Source: Reclinomonas americana ATCC 50394
Lineage: Eukaryota
Direction: 5' to 3'
NCBI GenBank assembly: GCA_048213135.1
Contig: PS015109.1
Span: 9,413-73,412 of the forward strand
DNA length: 64,000 bases
The notes beneath the pieces are model-generated. The model did no database searches, was not told the origin of the DNA, and saw only the letters and a program-made list of their open reading frames with translations. The translations under genes were made by a program, and so were the position numbers. This document shows, one piece after another, positions 52,211-64,000 of this stretch; position 1 is the first letter of the stretch; the number at the start of each line of letters is the position of its first letter.

Positions 52211-55200
52211 TCACAGCGTGCCGAGGAGCTTGGTGCCCTCGGGTGACGGACTGCGATCGCGCTCCGCCTCCCCAGTCTCGACAAAGGCGGCCTGCGTGCC
52301 GCGGGTCGGTGTGCGCGCAGCCCAGTTGCTGGGGCTGGCCTCGCCAGGCAGACGCGGCGGCGCCGCAGACGGCAGCGTTGGTGGCACATTGACCGAGAAC
52401 GAGGTGGGCGGCGATACAGCTGAGGGGCGGCGAGCGGCACGACGAGCTGCCAGTGTCGGCGGTGCGGCACCGACAGTGGGCGGCTCATCGCTGGCGACAG
52501 GCGCCATTGGTGCCGAGGGGCTCTCCAGATGATCGTCGTCACGTGGACTGCTCGAGTGCGTGCTCTCGCTGTCGTCGTTGGCCGCCGACGACCCAGACGG
52601 CTNNNNNNNNNNNNNNNNNNNNGACGCGCAACCAGCGGTTGCGACATGGCCTCAATGGCGGCGTCGCGGCGGTGATTGAGGAAGCGAGCGACCAGCACCA
52701 CGGCCAGCACGGCGACCAGCAGCACGCCGGCACCCGAGGTGGCGGCAATGATGATCACCGAGCGCTTGTTTGACGTGGTCGGGTACGTGGCTCCGCTGCC
52801 GGAGCTCGAGTTGCCATTGCCACCCGTGTCACTACCGCCAGGAGTCGGCGTCGGTGTGGGCGTCGGCGCCGGTGTCGATGGGTCGGCAGACGGAATTGGC
52901 GTGATAGTGTTGCTGGCACTGTCGGCGGTGGACGCGTCGCTAGTCGTATCCACGGTAGTGATGGACGCCTCGACGACGCTGAGGCCACCGAGGACCGGTG
53001 CAGGAGCCGCAAGCACGGCAGCGAGCTTGCTCGTAACCGCGTCGAGGTTCACCACAGGGCCGTCGCCCGAGCTACCAGTGTCGGCGGCAGGATCGGTGGC
53101 ACCAGTGAACTTGCTCGGCTGGCCCAGGTTGACAATGACAAAGTCGACGCTGAAGGCCGAGGCACGTGTCGTAATCGCGCGGGCACTGGTGGCGCTGGTG
53201 TTGCGAGTGACGCTGACAATCTTGATTGTACGCGGGTCAATGGCCAGCAGCGTGGCGACGTTACTGATGAATTGATCGGCTGTTCATGCAGTGCGCAGTG
53301 AGTCTCACAGGTGGCAACAGAGAGGACCGCAAGGGAAGAAGGCGGACGCACCGTAGAAATCGGAAGTGGTGAGCTGCAGCTTGACCGACACAAACACCGT
53401 GGACAGGATGCGCACGTAGATGTTTGGCGAGTCGCCACGAATGTTGACGGTAATTTGGCGCGTCGCCGGCGGTACTTCGTAGAAGTTGCTTCCACTCGGG
53501 TCCTGCCATCGGAGAGAGAGACAACAAGAGTGAGCGTGGATGACAGCAATTGATGTTATGACGACCACGAATTGACAAACCGTAAGTGCCGGCGCCTTGT
53601 TGGCAGTGTTGACCACGTTGCCGCCGGCCCACACTTGCAGCACAAACGGTCCAATATACGGCATAGTGTACATCAAGGCGTCGGTCTTGCGCACCGGGTT
53701 GAGCAGGTACACACGCAGATTGTTCGGGTTGGTGTTGGTGAACTCGAAGCGGTACGCCTTATTGACCTCCACAGCAAAGACTGCGAATACAACCGAGGGC
53801 GTGAGCACATCGGTGTCGCACACATGTCAACAACAAAACAGACGCACAGAAAGTGGACAGGCGGAGCAAGCTGGTGTGCACGCCGTTCCAGCGGTGATCC
53901 ATGGGACCTATTGTCGGACACACACACGAGCAGATGAGCATCAAAAAAAGAGAAGGCGCGTTTCAATCTCTTGCCACTCACCATTGACGTAGTAAGTGGT
54001 CTTGTACGGGCTGGTGATCTTCACCGGACCCAGACGACGCTCGTACGTGTCAGGATCCTTCGACTCGAGCACGGCCAGTGCCACCGGGAAGCGGTTGCAC
54101 TTGTAGGCGTTCCACTCGCGCACCAACGTGCAACGAGCGGGGTCCACCAGGCCGGGGTGGTTGGCAATCACCACCGCATCCACTGGCACGGCCGGCGCCA
54201 GCGACGTCGTCAGCATGGAGCCGTCCATGTCCTTGAAGAACACATGCTTGGGACGTAAGGGGGGAGCAAAAAAAGTATGATAAGTACCAAGGGTTGAAAA
54301 GAGAGGAAGCGAGACAACACAAGGACATATCATCGCAGTCCATGTCGACGCAGTCGGTCGGGTTCACCCAGGCCGGATCCGGCGGGTAAATGTGGAACTT
54401 GGAGCGCTCGTCCGTGTTGATCCACTTCATCGAGTACATGTGATGGCTGTGCTGCGCGTCGGGAGACTCTTGGTTGTTCTCAATTCCGGATGAGGTGATG
54501 TTGCAAGTGAGGCCGTTGTACGTGTAGTACCAGTCGGCGAGGGTGACGCCGCGGTATTCAACGAGGCCAGGCACAATCGGATCGCCCTTTGGCTTCCACC
54601 CTGCATTGATTATAAAAAAAAGCCACACGTGCGTCAGCACTACCAATGTTACCGACCGTAAAACATATTTCGACCCAGCGACGCAACATGGCAGATCCTT
54701 CTTGGCCGGCGGCATGTCCTTGCAATCCTCGGCAAACACGCTACCGTGGATACCGAGATTGTACGCACAGCTGTTGTCGCGCTGGCCGACGATGAGAATG
54801 TTCGAGAACATGCTCTTCTGATCCGAGCGTGCAGCCACTGAACCGCAATTGCCAGCGCCAATGCCGCGCGCGTTGTACGCCAGCACGGCCGTGTTGACCT
54901 CCAGATTGATCCAGTTGTACGTGTACACACCAAACTCATCATTGTCGAATGCAAGCGCGTTGTTGAGGCGACCGCAACCTACAGCGGAAAAGAAACGTGA
55001 GACATTCACACACACCGCGACAGAGTTATCAGTTTCCACCACAAAAGACGCAACGTTGGCCGTCGATTCCCCACAGGAAGATACCAAACTTGGCGCCGTG
55101 TGCCACCGGGTTGGTGACAAGAGTTGGCGTGCCAGAGCCGTCGCAGTTGGTGAGGACGGTGAGGATGCCGAAGTCGTCTGAGCCAGCCACACGGACATTG

Positions 55201-58200
55201 TCGAGAATGTTGCCGGCGACCTTGAAGTTTTCGACACCGGCGAGGATGTCGACCTGCTTCGCGTGCAGCGCAGGGCGCTTGGTCACGTCGAAAATGACGG
55301 TGCGGCTGATCAAGTTGCCGCCACCCATCAGGCGAATCGACGAGCGATACGAGCGGTACAGGACCGAGTTGGTGAGGTTGAGAGCGTTGGGAGTGTCCAC
55401 CCAAACGTTGACGCCCATGCCGTAGTCAAAGACGGTGCTGTTCACAGTGCTCATCTTCTCCTGGCCGGTGAAGTGCAAGCTGCGCAAGAAGAGAGAGATA
55501 CGGCGGTGAGCACGACCACCACCATCACCACGCATTTCACCGCCGATGCATCACTCACCAAGCACGCTCGCCGTCCATCTCACCGCAACCAGTGATGCGC
55601 ACATTGTTCAAGTCCACCTGACCCGACACCTTCTTGTTGAGGAGCCAGAAGGACGAGGTGCGGATGTGCACGCCTGGGACGACACGAAGAAAAGTCAGCG
55701 AAAAAAAAAAAAAGGAACGACAACGAGTGTGGCCCAAAGAAGTAACCTTGCCACGGATCGGCATTGCCGCGAATGCTGATGTTGCGGTCCAGCAGGGCCA
55801 CTTCGGTGCGCAGATCAACAGTCACACCGTCGACCACACGCTTGCTGCCGTAGTGCGTGTACGTCAGCGGCGCGTTGAGGGTGATCTTGCCGGCACCGTT
55901 GTTTGCGGTCACAGTGCGGGTCTCGGTCTGCGTGCGGTCGCGACCGGACGTGCCAATGACAATGCGCGAACCGACAGCCCAGTCAACATTGTCGGCCAAC
56001 GTGAGCAGGTTGGAGTTGGCGGGCGCATCAACGTTCAGCAGCGTCCACGGATGAGACGGCTGCTTGCCGTACAGGCGGAGAAGACCGGTCACCAAAATGT
56101 ACTTTGGTCCCAGGTCCAGCTGCTCCACAATCGGCAGCGGCGTGAACGTCTGGTTGTAGCCGTAGACGACGATTTCTGAGTTGAAGGTGTACGGGGCATC
56201 CTTGGAGCCGGCCGTCAACATGCCGCCACGAATGTAGATGCGCTGGCAGTTCAGTTGCACGTTCTTGTTGTCGAGGCGCAGCTCGCCGTCAATGACGAGG
56301 GCGCCGATCAGAGGAGTCACCGGCACATCCATCAACATGATCCAGTCACCAATAATGGTCACTATACACACACAGACGAAGCAAGTTTAGCGACGAAGAG
56401 GCATTTGCAACAAACCACCCACCCACACTCGAAGTTGCTCACCATCTTCACCGGCAACTGGCACAGCTCCGCTCGGCCACACCGTGGGATCCGACCAGCG
56501 CACAATGGTGGACGGCGTGCCAGGCGTTGTCGGCGCCTTGGCGCAGCCACTCTCAGGGCACTGCGAGGCACTCCAGGACATGCGGTTGAAAGCCTTGCCC
56601 CAGCCCGACGCGCGGGTGGCCAGATACGTCTTGTTCACCGTGTCGTTGCGGTAGTGGTAGAAGGTACCGAACGGAAGCGTGGGGTCACGAATGTTGTCAG
56701 GACCCGAGTCACCGTACACACGCGCACCGTTCACGTTCACCACAAAGTGATCGCGGTAGTCAAAGTACGGCCAGCGGAACGTCACCGTCTCGCGTGCCTG
56801 CGTACCGTCAATGCCCAGCAGCGACCAGTCGTTGTTGACGCTCGACAAGTCGGCGTTGCCGAGAACCTTGAGTGAGTACAAATTGTCGTTCATGGCCACA
56901 ATAATGGCAAAGCCGAACTGTGGGTTGCCGCCAAACTTCGGGAACGTGGTCTCGAGACCCGTCTCGTTGCCGTAGCGCATACTAGTGTTGTTGAGCAGCT
57001 TCACATTCAGCGGCTTGAACTGCAACGAGTAGCCTGGCTGAATGCCGTTGACTTCCACGCGTCGGAACACTGGTGGATGAAATTCAAGGGGCAAGGTGAG
57101 TGGTAAGCGAGGGCACAATAAGAGGGCAAGCGACGCAACAGAGCGAGCGGTCGCAAATGAGACCATCGTACATGTCGATGATAGAGGTGGAGGAGATGCA
57201 GCCAGGCACACGCAGATGATCCCACATGTGGAAGACCACAGACGGCTGGTAGTAGCCGGGAACCAGAGTGCCGTCGAGATCCTTCGCAATGTCCTTCTTC
57301 GTCCACCAGAACTGGATGCGCCTGGTGGTGTCGATGTAGGTGGTGTTGCGGAAGTAATGAGTGTGCGCGCCGGCCGTCTCCACCTTCTGCTGGTAGCACT
57401 CGGAGCATTGCGAAATGCACCCACGGTGGTGGAAACCAATGCAGGTCAGACCGTCAACGATGAAGTTCTCAGAATCAGGCGTGCGAATGCCGTTGGAGTC
57501 GGGACGGCGCGGATGGCCGCCGACAAAGTTGGGCGTCTCGTCCACAATGACCGCATTGACCAGAGCGGGGTTGCCGTAGGGCGCCTCATCGGTGGTCACG
57601 GCCTCCCAGCTGATCTTGAAGGCGTCGGCCAACTTGAAGTCGACGTACTTGACATCGCCCATGCGACCGGCCCAGAAGTTGTCTTGTCCGTTCTTGTAGC
57701 CCAACAAGCCCTACACAAACAAAGTGAGCACGCACGACACAGATGAATAAGCATCCTTTCCCCTCCGCGCCACCAACTGCACCTTGTAGACGGCCTGCAC
57801 GGTGGGGTTCGAGGAGAAGGAGTCGCCCTCCTGGCACGGCTTTAAGCGGGGGCGATGGCCGCGGTCGTCAATAAACACGCCAAACTGGCCGTTGGAGTGC
57901 ACGACGTTGTCCTCGTGCACACCAAGACGCTCGGCTTGCGGGCAAACTGTAGTGGTGGCCGATGGGCCGCCGGGATTGACCGGCAAGCGGTACCAGAAAC
58001 CGAATCGCTGCGAACCGGCGGCGTGGTTATTGCGGTGCTTGTTGTTCGGGTTGGTGACCCAGAAAATGGCCGGCTGGGTGTCGGTGTTTAGCGCCGAGGT
58101 GAGGTTGTACACGTTGATGCCGAGGTTGTGGTAGAAGTCGTTGTTCGTCTCAATGCCGTCCTCGATAAAGAAGGCGTGTCCGCGAATCGAGTACGCCACA

Positions 58201-61200
58201 TTGTTGTGCACGTTGACCGAGTGGCAACCGTGCGTGGTGATGGCACGCTGGTAGGTGTGGTGGATGGCACAGTTGCGAACGTACGATGCCGGCACCTCCC
58301 CCGTCATGTGCCAATGAATCGGGTAGCGAGCCAAGTTGAAGGCCTGGCCGGCGCGGCGGTACTCCACACCGTCAATGCGGGCAATGACCGGATCATTGGT
58401 GGCGACCGACTTGTCCTGGTTGTTGCTGGCAATGCCGGCCGGCAGGCCAGAGCGAGCATTAGAGCCGGCAAACAGCGTATGAACACCGTGCATGTCGTAG
58501 TCGGAGAAGTCGTCGTCGCCCTGGATGACAATGTTGCGCGACAGCAGGCCGACCTCGGCACGCATGTCAAAGTCAAAGCCTTCAATGTTGTCAATCTTGC
58601 CGTAGTGCCAGTTCAACAGCGGCTGGTCGAGTGTGATGTTGCGGCCGTCCGCAGACACCGCCACAATGTAGCGATCCTCGGCCTCCTTGTAGTCGTAACC
58701 AGACGGCGCAATGGCAATGCGCTCACCCGGCTGCCAGTCGGTGCTGTCCGCCACATGAATCCACGTCGCGTTGGGAGCGGCATTCTGCAAGGGGAAAGAA
58801 ATGAAAACAACAGGCAGAGTGAGTGACAGCGTGGAAACAGTGCATATTCATCACACACTGCTCACCATATCCAATTGCGTCCAGTATACGCTGCGAGGCG
58901 CACCATGCAAGTCAAGAATGCCATTCCACACACCAATGCACTTGGTGCCAAGAATCGGCAACTCAGCCGCACCGCGGCGGCCGTGTAGCGTAATGGTGGC
59001 CTTGTGCGTGTACGGCTTCGCCTCGGTACCGATCTCCAGACGACCGCTGTTGATGATGAGGTAGTTGGTGTCGAGGGTGAGCTCCGGCTTCGAGTCGTCG
59101 AAAACGAGGCGACCCGACACGCCCAAAAAGTACAAGAACGGCGGCGACACGTCCAGCAAGATGGTGCGCCCGGCCGGAATGAACACAGTGTCGTTCCACT
59201 GCGGCAGGGTGCCGTTGGGCCAGGTGGTCGGTGCCGACCACAGATCCATGTACGAGTAGGTGACGTTGGAAGGCCACACTCCGTTCTGCCCATCCACCGT
59301 GATGCTGCTGCCGTACGCAGCCTCCAGTGAACGCCAGCCGGTGGTGCACTCGAAGGAGGTGGGCGTCACCGTGGCAGCGTTGACCGTGCAGGCAGCACCG
59401 TCGAGCGAAACGGTAATCGCACCAGCAAAGTTGCGTCCAGAGACCGTGAGCACATCGCCACCGGCGGCAGAGCCGACCAGGGGAGAAATGCTCGACACGT
59501 AGGCCGTCTTGCTGGCGTCGTACAAGAAGGTGTCCGAGGCCGTGGCGTTGGTCTTGCCGACCACCACGCGCACTGGGCACGGGGCACCATCAGCCTGCTT
59601 GGCACGCTTGATGCCGCGCAGCTCAAGGCTGCCGACAGTGCTCCACGAGTTGCTGGCGCCGCGGTAGCGGAAGAAGCGGAAAGGAGTGGTGGGGATGTTC
59701 GTCGTCACCGTGGTCCAGCCATTGCCTGGCAGGCTCGGGACCTTGTACAGCAGTGTCCAGGTGGCTGCAGCGATGTTGTTCGTCGCCTCAAACACGCCAT
59801 TCGCCATGCGCGCCGTACCCGTGGCGGTGTCCGGTCGCGGACGGAAGCGGATCTGCGTCACAATGGCCTCATTCGCTTCGCCCATGTCCAAACCAACCCA
59901 GCCACCGGTGGCCTTGTTGGCCTCCCACGCCGTGTAAATATCGGCGTCGAATGCCAGCGACGGATCAATGTCGGAGTTGGCGGAGATGTAGTCGCCGCGC
60001 AGCACGTCCACACCGCCCAGGCCAAAGTTGTCAATGGCAAACTGGTTGACCAGCGGCGGCACACGGCAACGCAGTTCCGTGTACGTCTGCTTGGTGGGAG
60101 CGCAGTACATGCCGCACACCGTCATCGTCGACGAGGTGACCACAGCCAGCGGGTCAGTGTCGCCGGCCACTGGCGGGGTCGCCAGCGACGTACCAAATCC
60201 GGCACCGGTGATAATCATCTCGGCGCCACCAGCATACGAACCAGTGTTCGGGGTCACAGATGTGACAGTCAGCGGCACCGTGAAGCGGGAAAGCAGCAGC
60301 GTATCATCAAACACCGCCTTGCCGAGACCGTTGACTGTCACATACAGTTTGTAGCTACCAGCCGGTGTGGTACCGACCGTACACTTGGCTTGCGTGTCCG
60401 TGGCCTCCGTCACGACACAGCGCCGTCCACCAATCGACACCAACACCTTCGACGGATCGGTGCCAAAGTTGGTGCCAGTCAGCACCAGCTGGTCGCCGCT
60501 CTTACCGCTGCTGGGTGAGAAGGCCGTCACCGTGGGCGTGTGCAGTGCCGACGCATTGTACAAGCACCACTGGTACGAGTCAATCGTCATTTGCACGCAC
60601 ACAGGGTCGAGCTTCAGACCAGTCACCGTCTCCGTGCCGTTGACAACCTGGGTGGCGTTGACCATGGTGCAGTTGATGGGCAGCGTGCAGTTCCAGCCCA
60701 CCGAGTTGACCCACACGCGCGTGTCGCCATTGTCGTACTCTTGCGACGCGCGAGTCTCGCACACCACTTGAGTCTTGTTGGCGGTGATAACGTCGCAAGT
60801 GGTGTTGCCGAGCATGACCATGTTGTCGGCAATCACTGTGTCGAAGCCCTCGCCAATCATGGTGATGCGATTGCCGCCGGCGAGTGAGCCAAAGTTGGGC
60901 GAGAATTGGCGAATCTTGAGGCCGTAGGTGACACCAGCAGACGGCATGGAGGTCGCGTAACCGGCGCCGTCGACCAGCACCTTGACCAGCTGCGGCTCGG
61001 CCGTGGCCGTACCGTAGTCCACCGTGCAGTCGATGGTGGTCGGGCTCGAGTCGGTCACCGCGCACGGCACAGTGCCAATCCACACGTGGTTCTGCGCCAT
61101 CTGCGAGCCGAAAAGCGTGCCTCGCAAGCGGATCTGGTTTGTGCGGAACAAGTTGTTCTTGTCAATGTCGTGCAGGCCAATGACGGAGTTGACCTTGGGT

Positions 61201-64000
61201 GTGGCCGCCTCCGAGAAGCGATACGAACACGCGGGCGCACGGGCCGACGCTGGCACGAACGGCACAGGCGGTCCACCCACAGTGGTCGCCAAGGCCGCCA
61301 ACTCCGAAACCAGCTGGTCGGAGAAGACCGACGGCAGAGTCCACGTGCTGTCCTCGCTACTGACGTATGCGTAGGCAAAGCCACGGGAGCGCGCCAGATG
61401 CAGCGCGTCATCCATGGCCGCCGTCGACACCACTCCACTCAACGTGACTGCCACACGATCGGAGCCGTAGTCGGCCAGATACGAACGCAGCACAAACTTG
61501 CTTGGCGACGCAAAGTCGGCGTCGGAGCCATCAAAGGTGAGGAAGACGTCGGCGAGTCGCAGAGCCAGGAACTCCTCCGCCGGGGCGTCGCCGAAAGCCG
61601 CAGTCTTGGCAGCCAAGAGCGTGAAGCGCGGCACCGCGCGGACCACCTTGGCCACGCTGCGGTACAAGTCGAGCGCACTCAACGACGAGGCGTTCATGTC
61701 GGCAATGTAGATGCCGCCCAGCAGCGGATAGTTGTTCTTGTAAATGTTGATATCGGTGGTGATGTCGGCCAGCGTACGCAGCGCACCCTGGCTGGTGCGC
61801 GTGGAAATGTAGCCGAGCAGCAGCGCGCCACCGTCGGACAGCGTCTTCATGCCTTGCCTGTGGAGGGAAGAGGCAGGGTGGTGTCAGAGATGGGAGGAAG
61901 AGGAGGAGGAGAAGGGAGGCAATCAACGGGACGCACGAATAGTCGGTCGAAGGCTGAGTGCTGGCTCCGGGTCCAGTGGCCGTGGGGCGGATAATGGCCA
62001 CAGTCGGCACACCCTCCACCGCCAAGAAGCCCGTGCTGAGCCACATGCCGTACTGGTTGGCCAGCATCCACTTCGGGTACTGGTAGACAGGAACCAGTGC
62101 GCGCACCGGCACATACGGAGTCGCTGGCACCGGGGTGCTCAGCTTGGCCACCGCAGCAGCCAACTCGGCGAAACGCTTGGCCGACACCGCAAACGCGCCG
62201 TCGCCGTCGGTGACGTACAGCCAGCCGAGCGAGTACTGCACGGCGAGAGAAGCCGCACGGTTCACGTCGGCAGCTGTTGCCGGGGCTGAGTTGACAAAGG
62301 CCGCCAGGTGCTCGCGGTACTTGGAGGTGAACTGCGCCGGCTGCGTGCCAGTCACAAAGTTGGCGTACGAGTCGTCAAAGATGACGAAAATGTCGGCCGT
62401 CAGCTGACTCAGGTGAGCCGGCAGCAAGCCGGCCGCCGCGTCGGCCACATTGGCAATCGACAGGTCGAGGTTCGTGGAGGTGCGCACCAGCGCAGAGAGC
62501 GCCTGCAGGTACGAGACCGAGCCGGCCGCCGAGGCGTCGACGTTGTCATAGTAGACACCGAGTACGTTCCAGTTGGCATTCAGGCTGGTGATCAGCGCCT
62601 GCACGTCCGACTGTGCCACCGTGTTGCCGTTCGTGTCAATGCGCACTACCAGCTTGATGCCGGCACGCACAGCCAGACGAATGGCGTGCTCCCACAGGGG
62701 CGACGGCTTGGGCATGGCGGTAATGTCGGGGTTGATCACGGCAATGATCTCGGTCTCTGCGTTGCCGGCGCGGTCAATCAGCGACTGCCAGGAGGCTGAC
62801 AGCGCGCCATTGGCCTGGAGAGTCGGAGCTGCGGGAGAGGGAGAAGGAGGAGTTAAGCGACGCGCTATGGAAAAGTAGAAGTACCTCTTCTCTGGTCTCA
62901 CCTTCGAAGAGCGGCACGAGAATGCGGGTGACCGGAAGAATGCTGTTCACCGCCGGTGGTTGCACATTGGAGGCCGCCACATCGGCAACGAGTGCCGTCG
63001 CCAATGTGTTGTTGCCGTTGTGGGCGTCCGAGGTGACAAACACGTTGCCGATGCCAAGCTCGCGCGCCAGCGGCAGCGCATCCGACGTGGCAGTCGCAGA
63101 ACGCACCAAGGCAGCAAAGCGTGCCGGCGCGTAGTCGGCAAAGAAGCTCGGCGGCGTGTAGGACTTGAAGGTGTCGGCAGTGCCGTCAAACACGACAAAC
63201 TTGTCGGCGGTGGGATTGCGCAGGTGCGACTCGGCGAGACCCGAGGTGACTGCGTTGCCAATGACGGCGCAAGTGGCGCACGCCGTCTTGATATACGTGG
63301 TGAGCGCCAGCGCATCATCGTACGCCGCCGCAGAGGCGTCCAAGTTGTCCAAGTAGATGCCGTCCAGCGACGGAGACGCCAGCGACAGCCACGAGTCAAT
63401 GTCTTGCAGCACCAGGGTGTGGTTGCGAGCGCCGCCATTCGTGTCCACGTATCCGAGGATCGACACGCTGCCGTCGAGAGCCGCCAGCGCCGCGTTCCAG
63501 TCGGTGTTGTTGAAGAGTGCTGTCGGACCGTCGACCGGGTTCACAATGGCTGTCACAAGCGCGCCAGTCGCGGCATCAGCAGCCGCGGCCAGCGAGGTGA
63601 AGGCGTCGAGCGACACAGCCGGGTCGGCATCAATCGGCACCAACACGCTGGAGGTGAAGAACTTGCGGCTGCTGGCCAGCTTGTTGCCGTACGAGGCGTG
63701 CGCGACTTGAGCCGCCAGATGCGACGGCAGTTGCAAAAAGGCCGTACCCGAGGTCTCGCTGGTCACAAACACGTTGCCAATCTTGCGCGAGCGCGCCAGA
63801 TCGAGGGCGTGGCGCGCCTGACCAGCGTCGGCCGTCGAGTGCACAATGGCCGCGAAACGGTCCGACGCGAAGCCGTCCGCCAGACTCTGCTGCACCTGGA
63901 AGGTCTCCCAGGCGGCGGCAGTGCCCTGTTACAAAAAGAGACGGAATTTTCACCAGCAATGAGCAACAAGAAGGGAGAGAAGAGTGGACGGGGACGGTAG
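52211..64000 (-). CDS. Giant fibrocystin-L (PKHD1L1)-like type I membrane protein with N-terminal spherulin-4/GH135-like repeats; continues beyond the window
   Basis: TIG repeats (PNFGSLAGG, PNTGSYAGG), a discoidin-like domain, two G8 domains, LARYPIHWH, FFIEDGIE, beta-helix segments and a TM helix near 52700-52760. Confidence 0.9.

Noticed and set aside
56255-64000. Long plus-strand ORFs antisense to the giant receptor
   Set aside because: They are shadow ORFs of GC-rich codon usage and show no recognisable motifs.

Overview
Gene-dense, GC-rich eukaryotic genomic DNA from a gapped draft scaffold, probably a ciliated or flagellated protist (inference). Genes carry many short (~60-150 nt) GT-AG introns and GA/CA microsatellites and use the standard genetic code. 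The first ~9.6 kb is a partly duplicated cluster of two families of small secreted proteins I do not recognise. It is followed by NBS1, gamma-tubulin (middle contig inverted between gaps), a CX9C protein fragment, a CC2D2A/CEP76-family C2 protein, TTI2, GUF1/LepA, PPAN/SSF1, an AFF/Lilli-like protein, a 7TM protein, p23, eIF2B-gamma, an IPT/TIG protein and a giant fibrocystin-L-like receptor with tandem spherulin-4/GH135-like repeats. The strongest signal is in the splicing. Manual exon reconstruction gives about 37 introns with the donor GTTGCG/GTTGAG, which is the usual GTGCG/GTGAG shifted by one base. These donors occur almost only when the last exon base is not G. This looks like a +1-shifted U1 register, rare in humans, acting here as a major donor class. 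All gene models are hand-built from sequence and recalled family motifs; no database search was run.
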